This document shows, piece by piece, positions 30,618-40,249 of a stretch of DNA of 64,000 nucleotides. The DNA comes from Desulfatiglandales bacterium. GTDB lineage: Bacteria; Desulfobacterota; DSM-4660; Desulfatiglandales; HGW-15. The stretch spans positions 800,001 to 864,000 of the forward strand of contig CAXXJJ010000001.1 in the NCBI GenBank assembly GCA_963667015.2. The letters are read 5' to 3'. Made by a program: the position numbers and the translations under genes. The notes under the pieces are model-generated. The model did not search any database and had not been told where the DNA came from. It saw only the letters and a list, made by a program, of their open reading frames with translations. How positions within the stretch are numbered: the first letter of the stretch is position 1; each line of letters begins with the position of its first letter.

Positions 30618-31583
30618 TTAATCAACTTTCATATAACCTATCTCTTCATCATTTTTACCGGATAATGACATAAACTTATCATCCAAAAATAATATTCTAT
30701 TCTTTTTTTTCTTTCCAGTAGGGAACAGATCTTCATTATCGCTTGACCTAACTGTCAGGGATAAATATCCGTCTTCAATTTTCCATTGGCTCCTGATAAC
30801 ACAATCTGTTTTTGTATTTGATATTTTAATATCACCATTGTGCCATGCTTCTCCATCGGATAGGAATGTATCTACACCATACAGGTTTTCCCCATCAGCG
30901 GGTAGGATTTTCCATGAGCCAACAATTGTTTTTTTAAAATATTCATCTTTCTTAACAGGATCATCTACCAGGTTTGACCAGTAGTCCCCGGGAAAATATT
31001 TTTTCATAATTTCAACAAGCCACTCCTGTTCCCTTTGCTCCTCTGATATTTCACCAAGTCGTCTTCGATCCTCAATTTCATAGTATTTTCTCATTTTTTC
31101 CGGATAATATTTTCTGATAATTTTTACGAAGTTTTCATGAGGGTAAAACATTCTGGAATCATTTCCACTGTCAAACCTTTCGTCAAGGACCCCGCCGCCA
31201 TGTTTTAAACGAAATTTAAGTTCCGTTCCATCGGTTAAAGTAAAATATAGATCCCCGTTCCCGGAGCAAAGGCAGAAATCATTGTCGTAACCGGTTTCTT
31301 TTTTGAGCTCATCCAGGATTGCTTTTTGATCTTTATTATCAATTATTACTTTTTTAAGAGGAACATCTCTTGTATTGTCCGGTCCGATTTCTACGGTTTT
31401 TTCCATCTGGATTACAATTCTGCTCGTTTTATATAAATTATAATATTCATATGGATTCATTACTCTGGTTTCATCATCAGCCTGACTGTTATTACCGACA
31501 TCCGATTCTTTGATTGTTACACTGCTGCTTACGCAGCCTGACAGCAAAAAGCATAGAATTAAAAAGAAGATCAGTTTTTTCAT
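30618..31583 (-). CDS. Hypothetical lipoprotein
   Basis: MKKLIFF...LLSGC lipobox, AAGGAG RBS. Confidence 0.7.
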   Translation of the reverse strand: MKKLIFFLILCFLLSGCVSSSVTIKESDVGNNSQADDETRVMNPYEYYNLYKTSRIVIQMEKTVEIGPDNTRDVPLKKVIIDNKDQKAILDELKKETGYDNDFCLCSGNGDLYFTLTDGTELKFRLKHGGGVLDERFDSGNDSRMFYPHENFVKIIRKYYPEKMRKYYEIEDRRRLGEISEEQREQEWLVEIMKKYFPGDYWSNLVDDPVKKDEYFKKTIVGSWKILPADGENLYGVDTFLSDGEAWHNGDIKISNTKTDCVIRSQWKIEDGYLSLTVRSSDNEDLFPTGKKKKNRILFLDDKFMSLSGKNDEEIGYMKVD

Positions 31584-31768
31584 AGTGATACTCTCCTTAT
31601 GCTCGATTTTCTTTTACATGAGTCGGCTAGTTAATTTACCGGCATACCGGTTTCTGAAGTCCGGCATAACCATCTGCCCTGTTAAATTTCCAGGATGGAA
31701 CACTATTTAACAGGGAGAAATCGGGTATTCATTTTATTGTTTTGCTTTCGTATTCTCGAATCAAAATA

Positions 31769-32047
31769 TCAGTTAACTGCTTTAAGGCCCCTGCAGGTCG
31801 GAAACCGTTTACAGCCCCAAAATTGATTCCCTGCATTGAGACCTTTTTTTGTTATTCTTAAAACCATTGCTCCGCCGCATTTAGGACAACCGGGTGTCCC
31901 AGGACTTTCCTTTTCTCTGATAATGGCTTTAACATTCTGCACATGCATTCGGCTTGTTTTAAATAAAGGAGCAAGCCTTTCACTTTTTATCTTATCTACT
32001 ATTTCATAATACCTTCGTGCAGAGCGTGACTTTAAATAGCTATGCAC
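31769..32047 (-). pseudogene. C-terminal fragment with topoisomerase-type C4 zinc finger (NERD-protein-like)
   Basis: CPKCGGAMVLR...GNQFWGCKRFPTCRG; N-terminal domain absent. Confidence 0.6.
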
Positions 32048-32083
32048 GAACGTCCTTTTTTAGTCCCCTAATAAAAAACGCTT

Positions 32084-32503
32084 TTACCATTCCCCCTGGT
32101 CCGGCATTGAAATCCATGGTTCAGCGGGATCAAGGGGCTCTCCTTCCTGAAGAAGTTCAACTGAAATGTTATCCGGGGAGCGGACAAAAGCCATCTTGCC
32201 GTCTCTAGGAGGCACAAGTATCGCTACACCCTGGTCCTGGAGACTTTGACAGACCTTATATACATTTTCTACACTGAATGCCAGGTGCCCAAAAGAACGT
32301 CCTGCAGTGTATGGTTCTTCCTGTTCCCAGTTATAGGTCAGTTCAACTGCCGGTTCATCAGGCCCTGTGGCCAGAAAAACCAGAGTGAATTTACCTTCGG
32401 GAAACTCCATTCTATCAATTTCAGACAGTCCCAGTTTATTGACAAAAAAATCCAGGGCCTTATCCAGGTCAAAAACACGAATCATTGTATGTAGAAATTT
32501 AAT
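32084..32503 (-). CDS. gloA: Lactoylglutathione lyase (glyoxalase I)
   Basis: [48 protein letters not shown]; apparent ATT start. Confidence 0.8.
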   Translation of the reverse strand: MKFLHTMIRVFDLDKALDFFVNKLGLSEIDRMEFPEGKFTLVFLATGPDEPAVELTYNWEQEEPYTAGRSFGHLAFSVENVYKVCQSLQDQGVAILVPPRDGKMAFVRSPDNISVELLQEGEPLDPAEPWISMPDQGEW

Positions 32504-32653
32504 TTTTACTCTCCCTGCTATTGAGGCATTAAAGGACTGACTCCGATTCCAATGGGTTTACCCTGTTAAACATTCTTTGCATTTGTTGAACCAGTGTCCA
32601 ACCCCGATTCAATTCCAAAGCCACCTGAAAAAATGAATTAAATAAAAATATAA

Positions 32654-32737
32654 TTAAAGGTCTTCTATGATTTGACAAATTAAGTCTTTAAGGGGAAGAA
32701 TGTTTTCTATTTCTCTGCCTTTATTGTCATGAGACAT
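32654..32737 (-). pseudogene. Internally deleted HEPN/DUF86 toxin (27 aa)
   Basis: Overlaps the MNT stop; MSHDNKGREIE joined to NILPLKDLICQIIEDL*; no Rx4H. Confidence 0.55.
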
Positions 32738-33023
32738 ATTTTATATCTTCCAGGATTCTTTTTCCTATGGCTGGCTTCAAGGCATTTTTCATAACAAGAT
32801 CAACTTTTATCCCGATGATTCTGGATAGATCATTTTCAAGCCTTATAAATTTTATCAGGCTGATTGGCTTTTTAAAATCAACAAGGATATCCAAATCACT
32901 ATTTGTTTTTTGCTCACCTCTTAAATATGACCCAAATATACCTACACTATTCAGGTTGTAATCTTTTTTTAGGCTTTCCAGATTGCTTTTCAGAATTTTT
33001 TCTATGTCAGCCGATGTCTTCAT
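32727..33023 (-). CDS. mntA: Minimal nucleotidyltransferase antitoxin
   Basis: GIFGSYLRGEQKTNSDLDILVDF (GSx10DxD), KVDLV. Confidence 0.88.
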   Translation of the reverse strand: MKTSADIEKILKSNLESLKKDYNLNSVGIFGSYLRGEQKTNSDLDILVDFKKPISLIKFIRLENDLSRIIGIKVDLVMKNALKPAIGKRILEDIKYVS

Positions 33024-33339
33024 ATATTCACCCTGTAATATAAATATAGTATGAGAATATTATTTTTGCTTTTCTTTGTCAATTTCTACACGTAACAGCA
33101 TTCACTCTGTTTTCTAAACAGTGTACCCCTATATCCATTCCCTTATTGACCTGCTGGCCCCCATAAACAGTAACATCCTCACTCAACGATTGTATCTGTT
33201 TTAAACCCTCTGCGTTGATTGACCTGTTTTATAATAATTATAGGTTTTGTTTTTCACTAAGACGAAAGACTGGACGCTGTTAGGTTATTAGGTTAAATAG
33301 CGTCAACCTTATAACCTGACAGGGTCCCCTTTTAATACG

Positions 33340-34221
33340 CTATTTATATTCCGGCCAATCAAGTGTATCATCAGCATCCAGACCCCAGGATTTAAAAGAC
33401 TGTTTATAAAAATCGGGTCTTGGAAAATCCGGTCGAATGTAGGGATGATGATGACGATAGGAAAAATATCCATTCGCACCTTTCCTCAAACTGGTAATCA
33501 TGGTCTCCATTTTGGCAGCCGGGACAGCGAACATCATCTCGTCTTCCGTACCAACTCCCCTTTCCAACTCTCCGGGATCAGGCAGTACAACCCAGTATTT
33601 ACCGTCCTGTATGGGATTGACCACGGCATAAGAACAGGAAGGGGGAAGGTAACGGCTGTTTATTTGAGAGCTTTCCTGTCTGTCCATGGACATAATAAGT
33701 CCCCTCAGCTGGGCGTTGTTGGACCACATGATAACCACATCAGGTATAAAATTCGCGTTTTTCAACGGGGCGGTGACAATACCTATATATTTTCCATAGG
33801 GAAAGCAGTCATAGCCCTCGCTCTGCTGATTCGGCGGAACATTCCCATAGGCAAGGGGTGCCGCCGGACACCAGTGATCCTCCTTCAGCATGGCGACCGT
33901 GATTCCGTTCCTGCGAGACAGAGCAAAGGCCTGGCACTGGGCATAATGTTCCCCACGGTCCTTTTTGGGTCTGAATGCTCCTTCAGGAATATCGGATTCA
34001 CTTTTCAGCATCTTGGCGGCAATGGGAGATGTTCGAAGCATCAGGTGATACTCGAGATCCTCTCCGTATTTATTAAATTTCTTCAAAGGTGTCTGTTCTT
34101 TCGGTTGCTCAGAAGATGCTTCGTTTTTAGTTGCAGAATTAACAAGGCTGGATGCCCCTAAAACTGCTGCACCGGCTCCAACCAGTCCCAATACTTCACG
34201 TCGAGTGTATTTGTTTCCCAT
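33340..34221 (-). CDS. DUF169-family protein with Tat signal
   Basis: TRREVLG signal; LRTSPIA, CQAFALSR, HWCP, PDVVI, SCSYAV. Confidence 0.75.
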   Translation of the reverse strand: MGNKYTRREVLGLVGAGAAVLGASSLVNSATKNEASSEQPKEQTPLKKFNKYGEDLEYHLMLRTSPIAAKMLKSESDIPEGAFRPKKDRGEHYAQCQAFALSRRNGITVAMLKEDHWCPAAPLAYGNVPPNQQSEGYDCFPYGKYIGIVTAPLKNANFIPDVVIMWSNNAQLRGLIMSMDRQESSQINSRYLPPSCSYAVVNPIQDGKYWVVLPDPGELERGVGTEDEMMFAVPAAKMETMITSLRKGANGYFSYRHHHPYIRPDFPRPDFYKQSFKSWGLDADDTLDWPEYK

Positions 34222-34527
34222 GGAAAAATCCTCCTTTAAAAAGATTTAGATTGGTTTTCGCGTTCCTACGGTCCGCGTGGGAACGCATGCTTTCACACGC
34301 TCTGCATTTAAGGCCGCTAAGGTATTTCCTATTAATATCATTTGACAGGAAAAAAATAAATAGCCCCGGCAGGGCCACATAACTTTTTAGAAACTGGCTC
34401 ACTAAGCAATCGATAATTAAGAAAGATAAAAGATCAAATATTATATTGTGAGTTCGTACTTCTGCTGCTTATTCCTGATTTGTTTTCATACTTTCATGTA
34501 CGCCCCGTATTCCACTACTGGAATCCT

Positions 34528-34947
34528 TCACTTTATTTCACCAATAAACCTTATAATCCAGAAGCAGCGCAGTGTACAAAAAAATAAAATTATAGATATC
34601 CTGACAGGCTTTGGATTGATCTTCAATTTTATCTCCTTCCCTGTGACAATCTCGATGGAAAACTTTATTAAAACAAATAACAGTACGGCATAGATAAACG
34701 GCCCCAGCAAATGGAATCTAAAGGAATCCTTAAAATCCATATGAGATAAGGCATGAAAGGAGCGGGTTAATCCACAGGTAGGACAACTGTAACCTGTTAG
34801 TTGTTTAAACCGGCATGAGAGGAGGTGTGTTTCCTGCGGATTTATAAACATGGAAATCAGTAATGCAGACAATATAAATAATACAATAATAGCTTTAGCA
34901 AAAATATTGTTTGCAGGTATCTGGCATATGGCGTAGATTTTTTCCAT
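34528..34947 (-). CDS. DUF2752 membrane protein
   Basis: CRFKQLTGYSCPTCGLTRSF. Confidence 0.85.
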   Translation of the reverse strand: MEKIYAICQIPANNIFAKAIIVLFILSALLISMFINPQETHLLSCRFKQLTGYSCPTCGLTRSFHALSHMDFKDSFRFHLLGPFIYAVLLFVLIKFSIEIVTGKEIKLKINPKPVRISIILFFCTLRCFWIIRFIGEIK

Positions 34948-34960
34948 GGATCAGCAGTTT

Positions 34961-35905
34961 CTACAACCCATAAACTCCATTGAAACCATCATCATACTTC
35001 TCCGGAAATGTCTTATACTCAGGGCCGAATTGTTCCAGAAACTCTACACTCATTGCCCTGAAGGTGTATTGGATTGGCAGCAGTATAACTGTTCCGATAT
35101 AGGGAATGGCTAATATAAAAAAACCAATACAGCATGTAAATAATCCGAAAATTATGACACAGATGACTATCAGGAGATGCAGTAATAATATTATTATTCC
35201 ATAAAAGATAAACTGCAGCATGTATCCGCTGAACAGGGTTATGAAGCGTCTCCATGCCTCAACGGTACCAATATTGTTTTTATACATGATCGGCACAACA
35301 AAATGGGAAAGGAATAAAGTAATGTATCCTGCAATAATACATATTGCTAAAAACCAGAGAACCATTCCGGCAATAATCAGACCAATGGCTAAACCTGATA
35401 AATCGTTACTCTGGAAATAAAACACAACAAAAAGTATGGCAGCTAAAAACAGCATAATCACTGCAAACATAATAATGCTGAAACAGAGCCGCCACATGAA
35501 GAGTGAGTCTCCCAGGATTTTAAATTGATTCCAGGGCTTTGATACCAGTGCCCGATTATGAACAACATTATCCAGGAACATAAATTTTCCCCGTGAACTC
35601 AACCATAGCAAAAGTACGCCAAGTGCGATAATAAATAATGTGCCCAGGCCAATAAGCATAAACCAGAAAGGGTGATTTAAAAGCCATTCCCATGCCATAC
35701 CGGGAAAATCTGAGATTTTTTCAATGTTCCAGTCATTTTTCCCTGACCTGTTAAAGGAACCGTTGCCAGAGGATCCATCTACCAGGCTTGCGAGAAAGGC
35801 AGTAAATCCGACCGAAAACCATTTGCCCAGATCAAAGGGATTAAACAGGGCATTTTTCATCCGACCCCAGCCATTGGACAATGCTTTTCCATAGCTTATA
35901 TCCAT
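34961..35905 (-). CDS. Conserved multi-pass membrane protein
   Basis: 314 aa; LFNPFDLGKWF, SSRGKFMFLD, several TM helices. Confidence 0.75.
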   Translation of the reverse strand: MDISYGKALSNGWGRMKNALFNPFDLGKWFSVGFTAFLASLVDGSSGNGSFNRSGKNDWNIEKISDFPGMAWEWLLNHPFWFMLIGLGTLFIIALGVLLLWLSSRGKFMFLDNVVHNRALVSKPWNQFKILGDSLFMWRLCFSIIMFAVIMLFLAAILFVVFYFQSNDLSGLAIGLIIAGMVLWFLAICIIAGYITLFLSHFVVPIMYKNNIGTVEAWRRFITLFSGYMLQFIFYGIIILLLHLLIVICVIIFGLFTCCIGFFILAIPYIGTVILLPIQYTFRAMSVEFLEQFGPEYKTFPEKYDDGFNGVYGL

Positions 35906-36154
35906 GATTCCTCCATGAAATTAAATGTGCAATTAGAAAGTCTCTTGAGTCTTATTACTGTTATAATGCTGTAAGTTTATTAAATAGAGAAGGACGAAGA
36001 ATACAGAAAATTTAAATTTTCTATTCTGTGAAAATAACCTGAAGATTCGGAGATGTCTATTAAAATTTGGGGCTCAAGACCCCTCTGTCTTTTCTATTAC
36101 CCTCCATAATAAGATAACATTGACAGCAATCTCATATTGAAATACTTTCTATCT

Positions 36155-36442
36155 ATGCATATCATCACTAGAAAGCGCTTACTTGAATTCGCCAAAAAAC
36201 ATCCGGATTGTTCTTCCGCACTCGGATACTGGTACCGAATTGTAAAAAGAACTGACTTTAATTCGTTTAACGAACTCCGGCAGACTTTTCCTGGTGCTGA
36301 TAATGTTGGCAATTTAACGGTTTTTAATATCGGTGTTAATAAAGCTCGTTTGATTGGTGCTATACATTACAATACGCATCGAATTTATATTAGGCATATT
36401 TTAACTCATAAAGAATATGACCGGGGAGCATGGAGGGAATAA
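36155..36442 (+). CDS. higB: HigB toxin
   Basis: MHIITRKRLLEF...VFNIGVNKARLI..IHY...IYIRHILTHKEYDRGAW. Confidence 0.88.
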   Translation: MHIITRKRLLEFAKKHPDCSSALGYWYRIVKRTDFNSFNELRQTFPGADNVGNLTVFNIGVNKARLIGAIHYNTHRIYIRHILTHKEYDRGAWRE

Positions 36443-36843
36443 TGGATAACCAACTTAAAGAAATTGCGAAAGTCTGGCCTGATATTCAGCCTGTATTTTC
36501 CGTTCCGCATAATAAAAAAGAGTATGATAGATTAGTAAATATCCTTGATAGCCTTATTGACGAAGTGGGGAATAATGAGAAACATCCATTATCTTCCATG
36601 ATGGAAACAATTGGAAGTCTTATTGAGATATATGAAACACAACATGTTATTGAGATGGAAGGAGACCCTGTTAAAGCATTGAACACTTTAATGGTAGAGC
36701 ACGGTTTAAAGCAATCCGATCTAACTGAGATCGGTAGTCAGGGTGTTGTATCAGAAATATTATCCGGCAGGCGTCAGTTAAATGTCCGACAAATTAAGCT
36801 GTTAAGCAAACGATTTAAGGTTTCCCCTGCTGTTTTTTTATAA
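36442..36843 (+). CDS. higA: HigA antitoxin (HTH)
   Basis: TAATG coupling; LMVEHGLKQSDLTEIGSQGVVSEILSGRRQLN. Confidence 0.88.
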   Translation: MDNQLKEIAKVWPDIQPVFSVPHNKKEYDRLVNILDSLIDEVGNNEKHPLSSMMETIGSLIEIYETQHVIEMEGDPVKALNTLMVEHGLKQSDLTEIGSQGVVSEILSGRRQLNVRQIKLLSKRFKVSPAVFL

Positions 36844-37566
36844 TAAGAATGAAAACAACAGGGGCATCAGACCTTCATTCATGACAAACAAGGATAGCCA
36901 TGATAGATGTTTTTGCATAAAAATATATGAGGAAGTCAATCACTGCCCGACCTTTAAAAATATCCTATCCAGGAGCGTTTAACATGTAACCCCCAGGAAA
37001 GGCATTAAAGGATGAGCTTAAAGGTTTAAGAAGTTTTCGGGTAAAAAGATTCAGGATTATTTATCAGGTTATCGGAAAAAAAGAGATACAAATTATCGCA
37101 CTTGGCCCCAGGTCCTGCATTTATGAAGAAACATACAGGTTGCTAAAAAAAGAAGAAAAATCCGGGTAATAATTTTTCCCTGCTATAACTGCAGGTAAAA
37201 AAATTATGGAACAGGATATCTTTTATATTTATTTAACAGGGACCTTACACCTATTGTTTTTTATTTCAATTACAGTAGTTATTTGATTATTGAAGGATGT
37301 CCCTCTCTACCCATTTTAATCCCCAGCACCCTTCATACCCGAGCAGTCGGGTATCCATTTTGCTATTGTCTTTCGTGTTGCCGGCATTAATCGTAGAGAC
37401 GGGTTTCAAACCCGTCTTTTTCTCTTGCTCCCATGGTCCCCGTGGGAGCCCTACCGTTGGATGGATATACCGGTTAAAAAATCCACCCTGTCCGGATAGT
37501 TGGTCCCAACGAATCCGGACAGGATGTCCCATTGGTTCCGGAGAGGAACCAGTTTAAAGGTTTTTT

Positions 37567-38337
37567 CTAATTTTTCTTTTTATTGTTAATGCCGTAAACT
37601 TCCCTCATGGATTTGTCGTTATCTTTATCAATGTACTGTATTTCAATGGTGTAAGAGTCGTGAACAATTCGGTCAAGGATGGCATCAGCTAAAGTTGATT
37701 CTGCTATTTTCTTATACCAGCCAGCAGGTGCAAACTGAGAACAAAAAATAGTGGATGCATTTTTATGACGGGCATGGATTATTTCCAGGAGATCCCTTGC
37801 CTCAGTTTCGATTAAAGAAACAAGCATCCATTCATCCAAAATTAAAAGCCTGTATTTTTTATACTGATTAACGACCTTCTTGAAGCACCCTTCACCTCTG
37901 GCTATTGCCAGTTCCGCAAGCAATTCCGGGAGGCGGATGTATTTCACAGTGTAGTGGTGTTTGCATGCCTCCATACCTAATGCACATGCAATATAGGACT
38001 TTCCTGCACCGGTAGCTCCAAGGACCATAACATTGTGCCTATCAGTAATGTAGTTACAGGTAGATAAACGTTTAATAAGACTTTTATTGAGCTTTCTTCC
38101 TGAACTGTAATTTATATCAGCAATAGAGGCTGAAGGCTGGTCAAAGGAAGCATTCCTTATCAACCTATGCAGACGGTTGGTTTTACGAGTGTCGTATTCA
38201 ATGTCCACAAGCATTCCGATACGCTCTTCAAAGGATAAATCATACATTGAGTTATCCTGCATCTGTGTACGTAAAGCGTTTGCCATGGCTGACATGCGCA
38301 TTTCAATCAACTTGTTGATGGTTGCTGTATTTATCAT
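37567..38337 (-). CDS. istB: IS21 helper ATPase IstB
   Basis: GATGAGKS, LLILDEW, ADAILDRIVH. Confidence 0.93.
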   Translation of the reverse strand: MINTATINKLIEMRMSAMANALRTQMQDNSMYDLSFEERIGMLVDIEYDTRKTNRLHRLIRNASFDQPSASIADINYSSGRKLNKSLIKRLSTCNYITDRHNVMVLGATGAGKSYIACALGMEACKHHYTVKYIRLPELLAELAIARGEGCFKKVVNQYKKYRLLILDEWMLVSLIETEARDLLEIIHARHKNASTIFCSQFAPAGWYKKIAESTLADAILDRIVHDSYTIEIQYIDKDNDKSMREVYGINNKKKN

Positions 38338-38341
38338 GGCT

Positions 38342-39874
38342 TTACCTCCTGTAATATTTGGCGCCGCGGGTAAAGCCATGCTCATTCGGGGCTGAAGATT
38401 CTTTTTGTTTTTTATCCGGAACCTTGTCCTGACCTGTAGTCAGTATGTTTTTAATTATCTTATAACTCGGATGAGGAGTATAAAATAAAGCCTTCTTACA
38501 GGCACCTTCCAGACGATTCAGGGAGTATTTATCTGCAAGCTTTAAAATCCCCATACAGCTTTTATAACCCTGCTGTTCAACCTTATAGGAGTTGAGTATG
38601 GATTTTATAGCAATAACAGTATTTGGACCTATCTTTTCTGCCCATGCTATGAAACGGCTTTTGTCCCATTTCAGGTATTTCTGATGATCTTCAGGCATAT
38701 GAGCCTCGATGCTGCTGTACTGGCCAGGACGCCCATATAGACGCATATGGGAACAGATTCGGGTGTTGCGATAAAACACCTCTACAATGTTTTTTGTTAG
38801 CCTCACATCGACCTTCTGCTTAATATATTCGTAAGGCACGGAGTATTGCATCTTATCTACAGATATATGATAATTGAACTGGACTGTGGCCTGTTTCCAG
38901 GTTGCCAGTTCATAGGAGGCAGCAGGTAGCGGTGCCATAAATGGCTTTTCTTCCTCAAAGAAACTGTATCGGCTGCCTTCTTTCTTTTGAAAGCTACGGC
39001 GGTTATACCCGTTCAGTTTAAAGCTTATTTCCCTGTTCAACTCTTCCAGAGTAAAAAACTTTTCATTACGAAGAGCTGCGATAATCCATGCTGATACCAC
39101 CTTTACAGAGCCTTCAGCATTCGGTTTATCTTTGGGCTTTTTAACCCGTGCGGGAATTACTGCAGTATCATAGTGTTCGGCCATTTCACGGTAGGTTTTG
39201 TTTATTACCGGAGTATACCAGTCGCTCCGTTCAACCCCTGCTTTAAGATTGTCGGGAACAAGCATACGTGTTGTCCCTCCAAAGAAGTTATACATGTTAA
39301 CATGGGCAGTTATCCAGCTTTCCATATCCTGTTTGAAGAAGGCTTCTACATAAGTGTACAGGCTATAGGAAAGAACTCCTACAAAGATATATGCAGGGAT
39401 AATCTCCCCTGTATCTCTGTCGATAACAGAGGCTGTATCTCCTGCCCAGTCAACTTCTGTAAGATCCCCCGGTTTTCTAGGGATATGCATGGTAGCACGC
39501 TTTTTTTCAGAATACTTCTGATAATGAAAACAGAACTGAGAGTACATGAGGGGTAGCTCATTGCTCTGTCTACATTCCTCACAGTACTCATTCCACAGAA
39601 GCTTTAGGGTTACTCCGTTCCGCATCATTTCCCTGGCTAAGTAATCATAATCAGGGTGTTTACGTGATGGTTCTCTGGAGGTTTCTTCCCGGAATAGTTG
39701 CTTCTTCAGTTCAACATCTGTGGTCTCAGCTTTTAAAGGCCATTCAATTTGTAGTTCCTTTGCTCGATTAAGCACTTTACGTACTGTCTTTCTTGAGCAT
39801 CCACAGCCTTTGGCTGTACTGCTTTGGTTGATCCCAAGACTATTTAGTCTAAGGATCTCTCGATATTTGGTCAT
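38342..39874 (-). CDS. istA: IS21 transposase IstA
   Basis: VDWAGD, VPDNLKAGV, PKDKPNAEGSV (DDE), YSVP. Confidence 0.95.
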   Translation of the reverse strand: MTKYREILRLNSLGINQSSTAKGCGCSRKTVRKVLNRAKELQIEWPLKAETTDVELKKQLFREETSREPSRKHPDYDYLAREMMRNGVTLKLLWNEYCEECRQSNELPLMYSQFCFHYQKYSEKKRATMHIPRKPGDLTEVDWAGDTASVIDRDTGEIIPAYIFVGVLSYSLYTYVEAFFKQDMESWITAHVNMYNFFGGTTRMLVPDNLKAGVERSDWYTPVINKTYREMAEHYDTAVIPARVKKPKDKPNAEGSVKVVSAWIIAALRNEKFFTLEELNREISFKLNGYNRRSFQKKEGSRYSFFEEEKPFMAPLPAASYELATWKQATVQFNYHISVDKMQYSVPYEYIKQKVDVRLTKNIVEVFYRNTRICSHMRLYGRPGQYSSIEAHMPEDHQKYLKWDKSRFIAWAEKIGPNTVIAIKSILNSYKVEQQGYKSCMGILKLADKYSLNRLEGACKKALFYTPHPSYKIIKNILTTGQDKVPDKKQKESSAPNEHGFTRGAKYYRR

Positions 39875-40249
39875 TTAGGTGACCTCCTCTATAATGAATT
39901 TACATCAAATCTTGATGCATTTACTCATTATAGAGACTCATAATTGGATGGGAACTACCCCGGATTGGTTGGGACTTTTTACCGGATCGATTGGGGCCAA
40001 TGGCCGGACTCATGGGGAAATCAGACCCGGAATATCCATTGGACGCTCTGCGTCAGATGAGCTATTGAATTTTGTATCAGCAACCCAGTTAACTAATGAA
40101 ACTTATAAACTTATGGGCATCCCCCATTATTTCCTCTGTTAAATATCTTTTGAATTTATTTAACAGGGACCTGATACCATTTGCTTTACCATTGACAGGA
40201 GACTATAGGATTGTCCCCTTTTACACAAACTATCCCATATTCAGGTTAC

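Larger units (their letters stand above)
37462..40038 (-). mobile_element. Complete IS21-family insertion sequence
   Basis: Ends TGGATATACCGG / CCGGAATATCCA, subterminal CCGGA repeats, 5-bp target duplication TTGGA (37457..37461, 40039..40043), istA-istB. Confidence 0.92.
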
